DNA from: an uncultured Dehalococcoidales bacterium
GTDB lineage: Bacteria > Chloroflexota > Dehalococcoidia > Dehalococcoidales > UBA1222
Length of the DNA stretch: 55,237 nt
Direction: 5' to 3'
Assembly (NCBI GenBank): GCA_964427105.1
Contig: CAYRSY010000001.1
Coordinates: 1-55,237 of the forward strand
In this document: in pieces, positions 1 through 10,422 of the stretch
Layout: every line of letters begins with the position of its first letter
Numbering within the stretch: position 1 is the first letter of the stretch
Made by a program: the position numbers and the translations under genes
The notes under the pieces: generated by a model
The model's database searches: none
Told to the model about the DNA's origin: nothing
Seen by the model: the letters and a program-made list of their open reading frames with translations, nothing else

Positions 1-124
1 CCGCTCATGCCTGAGTCGCCGCCGTTCAAGGCCAAAACGGATTCGATTCGTTCCCGCGAAAGAGGGGGGTTGAAAAACAAAAACGGATAATGCGTAAGCC
101 CCCGGATACGCAGCGGAGAGGCTG

Positions 125-724
125 CTATCCCGTGTTCAGTATCCCCAGCAGGTTAAGCCCGCGGATTACCAGATCAACGGCTATAGCGCCCAGCAGCAGG
201 CTGAACACCTTGGATACGGCCTTGATTCCGCCCTGCCCCAGGAAGCCGATTATCCTGTCCCCGGCCACGAATATAATCCAGGCAATTCCCATATTCAGCC
301 CGAATGAAAGCAGCACTATCCACGTGGGATACTGCGTATTAAGAAAAATAAGCGTCGTGATAGTGGCGGGGCCGGTGAGGAGGGGCGTGCCTATGGGCAC
401 CACGGCGATCATTTCCTCGCGCGAGGAATCCACCATATGGCCGGTCGTCATGTACTTGATGGAAAGCACCATGAGGATTATACCGCCGGCTATGGCGAAA
501 GAGCCCACGGAAATGCCCATCGCTTTCAGCAGGAACAAGCCGAAAAAGAGAAAGGCCAGCCCTACCATCACGGCGGTGACGACGGCGACATTGATGACCT
601 TTACCTTTTCCTTGCGGGTCGTGCCGTCTGTAAGCGCCACCACCATCGGCAGGTTGCCGGGCGCGTCCAGGACAACAAAAAGAGGGATGAAAGTAAGCAC
701 AAAAGCTTCCCAGAAGATCGCCAT
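125..724 (-). CDS. MarC/UPF0056 family integral membrane protein
   Basis: 199-aa ATG ORF made of hydrophobic helices. Motifs FIPLFVVLDAPGNLP and VPIGTPLLTGPATITT are typical of the MarC family. The overlapping plus-strand ORF 90..767 is low-complexity shadow. Confidence 0.8.
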   Translation of the reverse strand: MAIFWEAFVLTFIPLFVVLDAPGNLPMVVALTDGTTRKEKVKVINVAVVTAVMVGLAFLFFGLFLLKAMGISVGSFAIAGGIILMVLSIKYMTTGHMVDSSREEMIAVVPIGTPLLTGPATITTLIFLNTQYPTWIVLLSFGLNMGIAWIIFVAGDRIIGFLGQGGIKAVSKVFSLLLGAIAVDLVIRGLNLLGILNTG

Positions 725-924
725 AAAGCCATTATACTACATGCCGGGGCGATATGTGCAGGGATAAGAGAGTTCCAGATGATGCGGAATAAAAGCACCC
801 GGCAGATTCGTAATTAAAAAGAGTGTTCTTAATCTATATTTCAAATGGAGCAAAAAATATGATCCGCTATAAAGAGCAAATCTTTCAAACCTGCAAGCCC
901 TTTAACCAAAGGGGGAGCGCGCCG

Positions 925-2427
925 TTACTCTTCTCCGGTGGTAGCTTCCGGCAGTCCGGCATGAGTGATGGCGGTTACCGCGGCTATAGCGGCAATGCGC
1001 TTGGATTCATCGAAAATATCGGTAAGTTTTTCCTCTAAAGGTGTTTCCTGTTCAATAATACGCTTCATATCTTCCATGAGCGTGGTTTCACGGTCTATGA
1101 AATGCGTGCCGAACTCTCCGGATACAAAGTGGAGATTAGCCATGACGGCTTTATGAAAGGGGATATTGGTCTTGACGCCGACGATGATGTACTCGTAAAG
1201 AGCGCGTTTCATGCGCGCTATGGCCTCACTGCGGTCTCTCCCCCAGACAATAAGCTTGGATATCATGGGGTCATACATATAGGGGATGGTATAGCGGGTA
1301 TGCACGCCGGAATCAACCCTGACGCCTATGCCGCCAGGAGAGCGGTAGCCGCGCAGTTTGCCGGTCGAGGGAGCAAAATCAGCCAGCGGGTCTTCGGCAT
1401 TGATGCGGCACTCTATAGCCCAGCCGTTGAGCTTTATATCTTCCTGTTTGAAGGACAGCGCATGTCCCTGCGCAATGAGTATCTGCTCCTTGACAATATC
1501 TATGCCCGTTACCATTTCCGTGACAGGATGTTCCACCTGAACACGGGTATTGGCTTCCATGAAATAGAACTCGCCGTTTGAGAATATGAATTCTATTGTG
1601 CCGGCGCCTTCGTAACCGACCCATTTACCAGCCTTTACGGCTATTTCGCCCATTTTCTGCCTGAGCTCGGGGGTAATGGCAGGTGAGGGGCTTTCTTCGA
1701 TGAGTTTCTGGTAACGGCGCTGAATGGAGCATTCGCGTTCGCCCAGATACACCGTATTGCCGAAGCTGTCGGCCATTATCTGAAACTCTATATGGCGCGG
1801 CTGAGCTATGAATTTTTCAATATATACATCCGGCACGCCGAAAGCCTTGCCAGCCATCTTTTGCGAACCGGCGACAGCTTCTTCCAGTTCGGCTTCGCAA
1901 CCCGCCACTTTCATGCCTATGCCGCCGCCGCCGCCGCAGGGTTTTACAATAACAGGATAACCGACCTTGCCTGCAATCTCCTTAGCCTGCTCAAGGCCTG
2001 TGACAAGATCATCACAGCCGGGCACTATCGGCACGCCGGCTTTACGCATCTCAATTCTGGCGGCAATCTTGTTGCCCATCAGTTCCAGCACCTTGCTCGA
2101 AGGGCCGATGAACTTGATTCCCGCCTGCTCGCAGGCAAACCCGAAACCGGGATTTTCAGCCAGAAAACCGTAACCGGGATGTATAGCCTGAGCGCCCGAC
2201 AGCAACGCCGTCTCGATTATCTTGTTGATGTTCAGATAGCTTTCCGAAGCCTGGGCAGGTCCGATAAAATATGACTCATCGGCATATTTGGCAAAAAGAG
2301 CATGCTTGTCAGCCTCGGAATAAACCGCTACTGATTTTATGCCCAGTTCGCGGCAGGCACGCATGATACGGATGGCGATCTCGCCGCGGTTGGCCACCAG
2401 AATTTTGTTTATCACTTTATTCCACAA
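925..2427 (-). CDS. pycA: Biotin carboxylase subunit (pyruvate carboxylase subunit A type)
   Basis: N-terminus KILVANRGEIAIRIMRA, ATP-grasp glycine loop KPCGGGGGIGMKV, EMNTRVQVEHPVTE-like motif (MEANTRVQVEHPVTE). It lies directly downstream of the carboxyltransferase/BCCP subunit. The start is ambiguous: TTG 2427 (11-nt overlap with pycB) or GTG 2415 (1 nt after the pycB stop). Confidence 0.9.
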   Translation of the reverse strand: MWNKVINKILVANRGEIAIRIMRACRELGIKSVAVYSEADKHALFAKYADESYFIGPAQASESYLNINKIIETALLSGAQAIHPGYGFLAENPGFGFACEQAGIKFIGPSSKVLELMGNKIAARIEMRKAGVPIVPGCDDLVTGLEQAKEIAGKVGYPVIVKPCGGGGGIGMKVAGCEAELEEAVAGSQKMAGKAFGVPDVYIEKFIAQPRHIEFQIMADSFGNTVYLGERECSIQRRYQKLIEESPSPAITPELRQKMGEIAVKAGKWVGYEGAGTIEFIFSNGEFYFMEANTRVQVEHPVTEMVTGIDIVKEQILIAQGHALSFKQEDIKLNGWAIECRINAEDPLADFAPSTGKLRGYRSPGGIGVRVDSGVHTRYTIPYMYDPMISKLIVWGRDRSEAIARMKRALYEYIIVGVKTNIPFHKAVMANLHFVSGEFGTHFIDRETTLMEDMKRIIEQETPLEEKLTDIFDESKRIAAIAAVTAITHAGLPEATTGEE

Positions 2428-4144
2428 CCATAATTACATCTTTGGCGTTCACCAGTTCGCCTTCATAAGCGAAGACTTCGCTGACCGTGCCGGCGACAGG
2501 CGAAGTAATTTCGGAAGCCATTTTCATAGCTTCTATGGTAGCGACAACATCGCCCTGAGCCACTTTTGTCCCCGCCTTGGCGCGGATGGAAAGTATCATG
2601 CCGTTCATGGGAGCAACAACAGCGCCTTTCTGGTTTGCGCCGGGTTTTTTGGACTTGGCTGCCTCTACCACCTTGCCGCCGCCAACCGGCGACACCTTGA
2701 CGCTGAAAACCTCGCCGTCAACATCAACACTGAACTCGGTGGGGAAAGACGCCGCCTGCGGAACGGGCGCAGCGGCAGTTTGAGCCTGAGGTTGAGCCAG
2801 CGACTCCTCTTTCAACTCTCCGCGCAGGAACTTGGTCGCCACTTCAGGATACAATGCAAAAGTAACAACGTCTTCTTCTTTTTTCATTATGCCCAATTTT
2901 TGCAATTCATCTCTGGCTTTACCCAATTCAGGCTGTAAAAGGTCAGCAGGCCGTACGGTAACAGGTTGTTCATCACCGATAACTGCGCGCCGCACTTCTT
3001 CGTTAACTTCGCCGGCGGTTTGTCCATACAGACCCATAAGATAATTTTTAGTTTCCCGCGTTACCTGTTTATAGCGTTGTCCTGATAGCACATTGAGCAC
3101 CGCCTGAGTCCCAACCACCTGGCTGGTAGGCGTTACCAGAGGCGGATAGCCCAGATCGGCGCGCACACGGGGTATTTCAGCGTAAACGTCCTGAAGACGG
3201 TCAATCGCCTTCTGTTCCTTGAGCTGGCTTACAAGGTTGGATATCATGCCTCCGGGTATCTGGTGCAGCAACACTGCCGCATTTGGACGGGTAGCTTCAG
3301 CGGTAAATAACAGGCGGTACTTGTTGACCAGATTCAGGAAATATTCATTTATCTCATTGAGTTTGGCGAGATCGAGTCCGGTATCGTAGGGAGTGCCCTG
3401 CAACGTAGCCACCATACTTTCAGTCGGCGGCTGTGAAGTACCCCATCCAAAAGCTGAAAAAGCAGTATCCAGTATATTGGCGCCTGCCTCCACTGCAGCA
3501 TAATAACTGATAGGCGCCATGCCGCTGGTGCAATGGGAGTGCAGGTCTATCGGAATATTCACCCGCTGCTTGATGGCGCTGACAAGTTCCACAGCCATGT
3601 GCGGAGAGATAAGCCCCGCCATATCCTTTATGCATATGCCATCGCAGCCGCGATTTTCCAGTTCAACCGCCATCTGGGCGAAGCGCTCGATGGTATGCAC
3701 CGGGCTGGTGGTATAGCATATTACGCCCTGCACCTCCCCGCCGAATTCCTTGATGGCGGCTATGGAGGATTCCATGTTGCGAAGATCGTTCAACGCATCG
3801 AAAACACGAAAAACATCTATGCCGTTTTTTACGGAAAGGCGCACAAACTCGCGCACTACGTCATCGGCGTAATGGCGGTATCCCACCAGATTCTGCCCAC
3901 GCAGCAGCATTTGCAAGCGGGTATTCTTAACCTTCTGGCGGATAATCCTGAGGCGTTCCCACGGGTCTTCGTTGAGAAAGCGTATGCAGCTGTCGAAGGT
4001 AGCGCCGCCCCATACTTCCATCGAGTAGAAACCGATTTTATCCATTTCGCCGAGCACATCCAGCATGTCGCGGGTTCGCATGCGTGTGGCTATCAGAGAT
4101 TGATGGGCGTCCCTTAGCGTAGTGTCAGTGATGAGTGTTGCCAT
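2417..4144 (-). CDS. pycB: Pyruvate carboxylase subunit B / oxaloacetate decarboxylase alpha-type carboxyltransferase with C-terminal biotinyl domain
   Basis: ITDTTLRDAHQSL HMGL-like carboxyltransferase signature and C-terminal biotin attachment motif IEAMKM. The ORF track starts at TTG 4183. ATG 4144 (MATLITDTT) preceded by GGGAG is the more likely start. Confidence 0.9.
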   Translation of the reverse strand: MATLITDTTLRDAHQSLIATRMRTRDMLDVLGEMDKIGFYSMEVWGGATFDSCIRFLNEDPWERLRIIRQKVKNTRLQMLLRGQNLVGYRHYADDVVREFVRLSVKNGIDVFRVFDALNDLRNMESSIAAIKEFGGEVQGVICYTTSPVHTIERFAQMAVELENRGCDGICIKDMAGLISPHMAVELVSAIKQRVNIPIDLHSHCTSGMAPISYYAAVEAGANILDTAFSAFGWGTSQPPTESMVATLQGTPYDTGLDLAKLNEINEYFLNLVNKYRLLFTAEATRPNAAVLLHQIPGGMISNLVSQLKEQKAIDRLQDVYAEIPRVRADLGYPPLVTPTSQVVGTQAVLNVLSGQRYKQVTRETKNYLMGLYGQTAGEVNEEVRRAVIGDEQPVTVRPADLLQPELGKARDELQKLGIMKKEEDVVTFALYPEVATKFLRGELKEESLAQPQAQTAAAPVPQAASFPTEFSVDVDGEVFSVKVSPVGGGKVVEAAKSKKPGANQKGAVVAPMNGMILSIRAKAGTKVAQGDVVATIEAMKMASEITSPVAGTVSEVFAYEGELVNAKDVIMVVE

Positions 4145-4191
4145 TCGTACTGCTCCCGCTCTCTCCGGGCTTGCCGGAGACAATAATAGAC

Positions 4192-4221
4192 ATTTTAGCT
4201 TAAAGCAGTCCTTAACGGCAA
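4192..4221 (-). promoter_or_regulatory. Candidate sigma70-type promoter for pycB-pycA
   Basis: On the minus strand: TTGCCG (4216..4221), 18-nt spacer, TAAAAT (4192..4197). The predicted TSS near 4185 fits an ATG 4144 start. Confidence 0.35.
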
Positions 4222-4251
4222 ATATTTACCTTCTAATACTATAAAACGAAA

Positions 4252-4893
4252 TCAGGTTTTGTTCTGATCTAATTCATGATCTATTTGTTCATTCAGTTCA
4301 GGATAGAGCTTCGAAGTACATTCAGGACAAACCCCGTGGGAAAACTGGGCGTCGGAATGTTGTTCTATATATTGCTCCACTGCTTCCCAGTACCCTGCGT
4401 CGTTGCGGATTTTCTTGCAGGAGGCGCAGATAGGAATGATGCCGCTGAGGGTTTTTATCTCATCCAGGGCTTCCTGCAATTTACACATCAACGCCTTTCT
4501 CTCGGACTCCATCCCAGCCTTGTAAAAAGCCATTTCAAGGGTAACTCTCAGGTCATTTTTTTCTATCGGTTTGGTAATATAGCCCATCGGTTCAGCGGCC
4601 TTGGCATTTTCCAGCGTCTGTTCATCAGAGTAAGCAGTGAGAAAAATAACAGGGATGTTATACAAACTATGGATTTTAGAGGCAGCCTCGGTTCCCAGCA
4701 TGGCGCCCCTGAGCGAAATATCCATCAACACCATATCAGGCTTCAACTCACCTGCCCTGGCTATGGCCTGCTCGCCGGTAGCCACGGTAACGGGGACATC
4801 ATATCCCAGATTGATCAGGCGCATCTGGAGATCCTTGGCCACGATGGCCTCATCTTCGACTACCAGGATTCTCAGTTTTTCTCTGGTTTTCAT
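4252..4893 (-). CDS. Response regulator: receiver domain plus Cys-rich C-terminal module, no DNA-binding domain
   Basis: CheY-like REC (VVEDE, phospho-acceptor in VLMDISL, ITKP), then a coiled segment, then ICASCKKIRNDAGYWEAVEQYIEQHSDAQFSHGVCPECT. The ATG lies 3 nt after the kinase stop. Confidence 0.9.
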   Translation of the reverse strand: MKTREKLRILVVEDEAIVAKDLQMRLINLGYDVPVTVATGEQAIARAGELKPDMVLMDISLRGAMLGTEAASKIHSLYNIPVIFLTAYSDEQTLENAKAAEPMGYITKPIEKNDLRVTLEMAFYKAGMESERKALMCKLQEALDEIKTLSGIIPICASCKKIRNDAGYWEAVEQYIEQHSDAQFSHGVCPECTSKLYPELNEQIDHELDQNKT

Positions 4894-4896
4894 ATA

Positions 4897-7800
4897 TCAC
4901 CCCATCCCCTGATTTAAACTAAAATTGATGGCGACTCTTGTTCCCTGTTCCAATCTTGTAAATTCCACGCTACCCCCCAGCTGGTCAACCCCCAGGGAAT
5001 GCACCAGCCCCACACCCAGGGTAGGACTGGCGGCTATATCGAAATCCTGCGGTAAACCGACCCCGTTATCCCCCACTTCTATAGTTATTGTTTTTTCCAA
5101 CTGATGCATGGAGATATTTATCTCCCCGAAACATCCGTCAGGGAAAGCATGTTTCATGGAATTAACCAGCAGTTCATTTATGATAAGCCCGCAGGGAATA
5201 GCGTGTTCTATGCCCAGTGACACTTCTCCCACATCCATTTTCAAATCAATGCGCTCACGGGCAAAGCTGTATGAATCCACCAGATTAGTCGCCAGCTCTT
5301 CAACATATCCTTTCATGCAGATGGTAGCCAGTGTTTTGGACTGGTAGAGCTTGTTGTAAACCAGTGTCATCGACCTGATGCGATCCTGACTGTCCTGAAA
5401 AAGTTGTTCATCTTCTTTGGCATGCACGAATTGAGCCTGCAATGCCAGCAAACTGGAAATTACCTGCATGTTGTTCTTGACGCGGTGATGGATTTCCTTG
5501 AGCAGCGTTTCCTTTTCCTTCAAGGATGCTTTTGCCATTTTTTCCGACTTTTTCGTCTCGGTGATATCGCCGACCGATTCAATCGCCCCCGTGATTTCTC
5601 CTTTTGAATTGCGCAGCAATGAAGCTTTGGCATAAAGATAAACATCTTCAGTTCTCATAAACGGCGTGGTGAGTTCCCCGTAAATGCCGTCGTCGGCGAC
5701 ATTGAATACAGTATATTTTTGCATGATTTTATCATCCGGGTGCATCACCAGATCGATGAGGACGGGACGTCTCTCGCCATAGAAAGGCAAGGCGTACTCA
5801 TAGTCGCCCTTGCCTAAAATATCGCATGCTTTTATGCCCGTTAGGTTTTCCATCGCTTTATTCCATGCCACAACTTCACCCATGAGATTGACAACCATGG
5901 TAGCAACCGGGAGAAACTGTATAATGGCTGCGAGTTGGCGCTCACTTTCCCGCAAGGCATCTTCCACCTTTTTACGCTGTGTGACATCATGGGAAACCCC
6001 TATTATTCCAACCGGCTGACGGCATTCATCCAGCAGGAATTTAGCTGAAATACCAGTCCATACATTACTGCCGGTTTTGCATGGCTGTTCCACTTCAAAA
6101 TATTTTATTGTATCAGCGCCAAGGCCATTTTCCAGGGTTTTCAATGCCGATTCCATTTCCGATTTAATGGTCTTGAATGATGAGGGAGTAACAGCTTCCT
6201 CGAACGTTTGTTCCATAGCCTCTTCGACGGTGTATCCCCTCAGGGATAAAACTGATGGGCTTATGAAGGTAAAACGCCCGTCCAATGACGCCGTCCAGAT
6301 AACATCGGTTGAATTTTCCGCCAGCATCCTGTAACGGTTCTCGCTCTCTCTAATCACTTCTTCGGCCTTTTTGCGCTCGGTAATATCATGAAAAGCCCAT
6401 ATCCTTCCATAATGCCTGCCGCTATCTCCAAGCACAGGAGCCGAATACCTTTCCATGTATGTTCCGTTTAACAGTTCCAGCTCATCCCTCTGGACAATTT
6501 CAGGATGAGTCATCGCTTCCAGCAGTTTGTCACGAAAATACGCAGGGTCTTTCACTTTTGTCATCAAATGCTGTATGCGCTCTTCGAGCCCCGTGAATAC
6601 CAGATCTTTATGAGAAAAACCCCACAAACGTTTATTGCTTTCATTCTCCAGTATCACCCGCCCTTCTTCGTCGGCCACCAGCACGCCGTCGGTGCTGGCA
6701 TTGAGCTGCGCTTCGAGGAGGGCGGTCTTGGCGCGCAGATCGTTCTCTATGGTTTTAAGCCCGGTAATATCGTGATAAAGCCATATCCTGCCGTAGTTTA
6801 TGCCGTTCTCCCCAATGACAGGGGCGGAATATCTTTCGACAACCGTGCCGTCGAGAAGCTCGAATTCATCCTTGAGGGAGGCGGTGGAGGAAGACATCAG
6901 CGACATAATCGTGCTGTAGAATGTTAATGGGGCCTTGACCTTCGTCGAAAGAAACTGAACGCGGTCTTCCAGCGTGGTAAATTCAAGGTTTTTATGCGAG
7001 AACTTCCACAACTGCACGTTAGCCTCATTCTCCAGCAGGACCCTGCCTTCCTGGTCAACAACCAGCACGCCGTTGGTGCTGGAATGAAGCTGAGCTTCCA
7101 GAAACGCGGTCTTGCTGCGAAGTTCTGCCTCAATTTTCTTATAATCGGTTACATCATGGAAACTCCAGATACGTCCGTAATGCCTGCCGTCCTTTCCCAG
7201 AACAGGAGCAGTATATCGCTCCATTATGATTCCATTGGACAGTTCCAGTTCATCCTTGAAAGAAATGTAGGCATCAGTATCAACCGCCCGCGCTTTTTTA
7301 ATAAATTGTTCGCGGGATTTTACTTTCGTCAGCAGAAACTCAACACGTTTTTCCAGACTGTCGAATTTTAACTCGCTGTGAGAAAAACCCCAAATACGCC
7401 TGTTGATTTCGTTTTCCCATACTACGGCACCTCCTTCAGCGGTGACCAATATACCATCGCCAGTAGAATTAAGCTGTGCCTCCAGAAGAGCAGTTTTAGA
7501 ACGCAATTCTTCGTCAATTACTTTTCGGGCTGTAATATCTTTCACCATCACAACATAACCCGTTTGCTGGCCGCTGTAATCTTTCATCAATCCTATGCTG
7601 ATGCCAACCCAGATCGTATCTCCATATTTCGTGACGACTTCCCATTCGCCGCTGTAATACGCATTTTTATTCACACCGTGCAATATCTCGTGCACTGAAA
7701 CATCAGTAAGCCCATGAACTATATCAACACGTATTTTCCCCATCATCTCTGCAGCATCATAGCCGGAAATCCGGGAGACCATGTCATTCCAATACGTAAT

Positions 7801-10059
7801 CTTGCCTTGGCTATCCAGAACGATTACCCCGTCATGCACATTTTCCAGAATACTGGCATGGAATACCAACTCTTCCTGTATTTTTTTACTCTCGCTAATA
7901 TCCCGCGATATCCCGAGCATGCGGGCGGCTTTTCCCTTTTCATCCGGCAGGATCGATGTAACAACTTCAACCGGCACTATTGCCCCATTTTTATGTACCA
8001 TCTCCAGCTTAATTGGACGAGCATGAGAGAGTGTGCCGGTTTCATTAAATTCAATCACATCGGAAACAGTTTTTTCGACTACGCGGGAAAATGAATCAGA
8101 AGTCATGATTTGATCTTCTGATAACTGAGAGTACTCTTCCTGAGTGTAGCCAAGAACTTTTTCAACAGACGGGCTGACATATACATGTTTTATGGAGCCA
8201 TTCTGACTTAGTTCAACAAGCCAGATAACATCGGCAGAATTTTCAGCCAGCAGCCTGTAGCGCGCTTCGCTTTCCTGCAAGGATTTTTCCATGCGGTCGC
8301 GCTCGGTGATGTCATGGATGAGAACTATATCGGTTTTTATGCCGTTTACGGTGATAATTCCGGCGCTGATTTCCACAGGTATCTCGTGCCCATCTTTATG
8401 AATAAGCTTCGACTGGTAACAAACCGGAGCATTCTTTTTCTCCAGTCTGGCTATATAGGCTGCCTGCGTTGTCTCCCTGCATTCAGGCGCGATCCTGTTG
8501 ATAAACGGGCGATTAACAGCTTCAGATACATCCATCCCCACCATTTCGCTAAAGCGTTTATTTATATATTTGCACAATCCGTCTTCGATAATGGTCACAC
8601 CGTCGCTCATATTCTCAAGTATGGTTGAATGTCTGGCTTCGCTTTCACGAAGTGCCTGTTCCATCTTTTCGTGCTGGGTATTATCGTGCAATATGACTAT
8701 GTCGCTTCTTTTGCCGTTTATTTCTATTACCTTTGCGCTGATGTCAACAGGAATGCGGTGCCCGTCATTATGCAATATTTTGGACTCATACCACTCCGGA
8801 GCATCTGCACCTGCAATTCTGGCCTTATAGGCGGCTATGGTTTCATCTTTGCATTCCGGAGCAATCCATTCTGCGAACGGCTTGCCGATTATTTCATCAT
8901 ATCCAAGCCCCACTACCTCCGGTACACGAGGATTAACATACTTATGAACGCCGTCTTCTATGACTACAACGCCATCGCTCATGTTTTCTACAATAGCCGA
9001 ATATCTGGCCTCGCTTTCTTTTAAGGCGCACTGCGTTTCGCAAAATCTCTCTAACATACGGTTAATACCAGACTCCAACCGCTCCATTTCCAAGCCATTA
9101 GCTACAAATGGTACCCGCATCGTAAAATCCTGGCTTTGAGCAATATCAGCAACGGCTTGTTCCATCTTTTGAAAACCATCTATTATCCAGACTTTCACAA
9201 CCCACAAGGCGGATAAGCTGATAACAACGGCTACAGCAACAATCCCGATATTGAACCAGCTCACGGCCATAAGTCCCTGGTTATAAATCATGCGTGATAT
9301 TTCCGTGCTGATTACCAGACAGGGATTGCCCGTATAATCAGCAAGCAACAAGGACCCGATAACCCTGTCTTTTTCTACAACCACCGCAGAGGGATGTTGC
9401 TGCGACAATTCCCCCGGTCCATTAGAATCGCTTGAAAAGCAATTGATTAAGATTGGTAACTGTAAAGCATCAGCAAGCTCGCTAATAACAAAATCGTCCA
9501 GGTAATACCCCATAAAAAGAAAACCGCGGGCGGGGCCATCCAAATTACTGGTCAATATGGGCTGGGCTGAAAACAGCATAGGCCCGCTATCAGAACGAAG
9601 AATTCCCCGAAACCCTGCGTTGTCTTTTACAGGGTAGAAAACAGAACCATTTGTCAGACATTCCTGTATAGCAGGAGGGAGATCGCTCTCTTCCAACGTA
9701 AGATAATTAAGATGTTTAGCCCAGACAATTTTGTGTTGTGTATCTGTGTAAGCAATTAAGTTGGCCCCAAGATTGCTAAAGGTTTGCGGGACAAGGTTGA
9801 TATCAATATAATCCTGGTTCCCGTCGGCCATAAATGCATAAGAATCATCCCATGCTGCCCAGTCAATATTCAGGCGTTCCAGGTTCTGAAGCCTTCCCTG
9901 TATAGCATTTTCTACTCGCTGCAGGTTCTGATCTACAATATCAGTCTCGATATCGGTATAATTGCGCCCATAAAAGAATCTGGAGGTAATTGTCAGCAAC
10001 GAGATTACGGCAATTGGTATTGTTATGGAGATAATTATGACTTTTGTCCATAATCTCAT
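4897..10059 (-). CDS. Giant (1720 aa) membrane sensor histidine kinase: TM, CHASE4-like extracytoplasmic domain, TM, HAMP-like linker, about 9 PAS-type domains, HisKA_2 and HATPase_c
   Basis: N-terminal TM helix; [11 protein letters not shown] motif typical of CHASE4; second TM around aa 264-290; repeated ESEARY.../DIT.RK PAS boundaries; H-box [15 protein letters not shown] (HisKA_2 type); C-terminal DNGVGLP and LGVGLV ATPase boxes. Confidence 0.92.
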   Translation of the reverse strand: MRLWTKVIIISITIPIAVISLLTITSRFFYGRNYTDIETDIVDQNLQRVENAIQGRLQNLERLNIDWAAWDDSYAFMADGNQDYIDINLVPQTFSNLGANLIAYTDTQHKIVWAKHLNYLTLEESDLPPAIQECLTNGSVFYPVKDNAGFRGILRSDSGPMLFSAQPILTSNLDGPARGFLFMGYYLDDFVISELADALQLPILINCFSSDSNGPGELSQQHPSAVVVEKDRVIGSLLLADYTGNPCLVISTEISRMIYNQGLMAVSWFNIGIVAVAVVISLSALWVVKVWIIDGFQKMEQAVADIAQSQDFTMRVPFVANGLEMERLESGINRMLERFCETQCALKESEARYSAIVENMSDGVVVIEDGVHKYVNPRVPEVVGLGYDEIIGKPFAEWIAPECKDETIAAYKARIAGADAPEWYESKILHNDGHRIPVDISAKVIEINGKRSDIVILHDNTQHEKMEQALRESEARHSTILENMSDGVTIIEDGLCKYINKRFSEMVGMDVSEAVNRPFINRIAPECRETTQAAYIARLEKKNAPVCYQSKLIHKDGHEIPVEISAGIITVNGIKTDIVLIHDITERDRMEKSLQESEARYRLLAENSADVIWLVELSQNGSIKHVYVSPSVEKVLGYTQEEYSQLSEDQIMTSDSFSRVVEKTVSDVIEFNETGTLSHARPIKLEMVHKNGAIVPVEVVTSILPDEKGKAARMLGISRDISESKKIQEELVFHASILENVHDGVIVLDSQGKITYWNDMVSRISGYDAAEMMGKIRVDIVHGLTDVSVHEILHGVNKNAYYSGEWEVVTKYGDTIWVGISIGLMKDYSGQQTGYVVMVKDITARKVIDEELRSKTALLEAQLNSTGDGILVTAEGGAVVWENEINRRIWGFSHSELKFDSLEKRVEFLLTKVKSREQFIKKARAVDTDAYISFKDELELSNGIIMERYTAPVLGKDGRHYGRIWSFHDVTDYKKIEAELRSKTAFLEAQLHSSTNGVLVVDQEGRVLLENEANVQLWKFSHKNLEFTTLEDRVQFLSTKVKAPLTFYSTIMSLMSSSTASLKDEFELLDGTVVERYSAPVIGENGINYGRIWLYHDITGLKTIENDLRAKTALLEAQLNASTDGVLVADEEGRVILENESNKRLWGFSHKDLVFTGLEERIQHLMTKVKDPAYFRDKLLEAMTHPEIVQRDELELLNGTYMERYSAPVLGDSGRHYGRIWAFHDITERKKAEEVIRESENRYRMLAENSTDVIWTASLDGRFTFISPSVLSLRGYTVEEAMEQTFEEAVTPSSFKTIKSEMESALKTLENGLGADTIKYFEVEQPCKTGSNVWTGISAKFLLDECRQPVGIIGVSHDVTQRKKVEDALRESERQLAAIIQFLPVATMVVNLMGEVVAWNKAMENLTGIKACDILGKGDYEYALPFYGERRPVLIDLVMHPDDKIMQKYTVFNVADDGIYGELTTPFMRTEDVYLYAKASLLRNSKGEITGAIESVGDITETKKSEKMAKASLKEKETLLKEIHHRVKNNMQVISSLLALQAQFVHAKEDEQLFQDSQDRIRSMTLVYNKLYQSKTLATICMKGYVEELATNLVDSYSFARERIDLKMDVGEVSLGIEHAIPCGLIINELLVNSMKHAFPDGCFGEINISMHQLEKTITIEVGDNGVGLPQDFDIAASPTLGVGLVHSLGVDQLGGSVEFTRLEQGTRVAINFSLNQGMG
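6361..7509 (-). repeat. Three tandem, diverged copies (about 128 codons each) of a PAS-like module inside the giant kinase
   Basis: aa 851-978, 979-1107 and 1108-1233 each read ELRSKTA(L/F)LEAQL...DG(I/V)LV...W(G/K)FSH...ERY(T/S)APV(L/I)G..G..YGRIW..HD(V/I)T. Confidence 0.85.
8275..9018 (-). repeat. Two tandem copies (about 124 codons) of a PAS module inside the giant kinase
   Basis: aa 348-471 and 472-595 both begin ESEAR(Y/H)S.I(V/L)ENMSDGV..IEDG and share IAPEC...AAY.AR...AP..Y.SK(I/L).H.DGH.IPV(D/E)ISA. Confidence 0.85.
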
Positions 10060-10315
10060 TACTTTATTCCTGTTTTACTAAAATACGCCGGCAGGCCGCG
10101 AGGATGATCTCCGGCAAAAACGATATGCAGTATGTTTTGTTAAGTTTGTTGTATTTTGGATACATACAAAAGACCCAAAAGGGTCATTAAATGTGGCGTT
10201 TAGTATCACCCCGTATAAAAACCAATTAGGGAATTACCCCCGGCAAGCTGGCAGATATTCAGTGAGGATTTTCATAAAGCAAGTCTCTGTTTTTTCATTG
10301 TAGCAGTATAAAAAC

Positions 10316-10349
10316 TTTATATGATTTTTATCAGTTTATATGATTTTTA
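10316..10349. repeat. 15-nt direct repeat TTTATATGATTTTTA x2 (19-nt period) in a divergent intergenic region
   Basis: Identical copies at 10316..10330 and 10335..10349. The second copy overlaps the left arm of the adjacent palindrome by 3 nt. Confidence 0.8.
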
Positions 10350-10384
10350 GGCGAGAATGGTAAAAATTTACCATTCTCGCCTAA
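10347..10384. promoter_or_regulatory. Perfect 38-nt palindrome (18-bp arms, 2-nt centre): candidate operator or hairpin
   Basis: TTAGGCGAGAATGGTAAA-AA-TTTACCATTCTCGCCTAA. It lies between two divergently transcribed genes and ends 8 nt upstream of a TTGACA -35 box. Confidence 0.6.
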
Positions 10385-10392
10385 TATTTCTA

Positions 10393-10422
10393 TTGACATT
10401 GGCATGTATGCAGTATCATAAT
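10393..10422 (+). promoter_or_regulatory. Candidate sigma70-type promoter of the ABC importer operon
   Basis: TTGACA (10393..10398), 18-nt spacer, CATAAT (10417..10422). It would give a leader of about 160 nt before the SBP start. Confidence 0.4.

Noticed and set aside
90-767. 225-aa plus-strand ORF overlapping the MarC gene
   Set aside because: The translation is Pro/Ser/Thr/Ile-rich with no motif. The opposite strand encodes a clean MarC-family membrane protein. This is a typical antisense shadow ORF.
4276-4917. 213-aa plus-strand ORF mirroring the response-regulator gene
   Set aside because: The minus strand gives an unmistakable CheY-like receiver. The plus-strand product has no recognisable features, and its length equals that of the real gene only because stop-free antisense frames are common.
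10170-10192. Small hairpin GACCC-AAAA-GGGTC (terminator-like on the minus strand) upstream of the giant kinase
   Set aside because: The stem is only 5 bp, and no upstream minus-strand gene exists for it to terminate. It is likely fortuitous.
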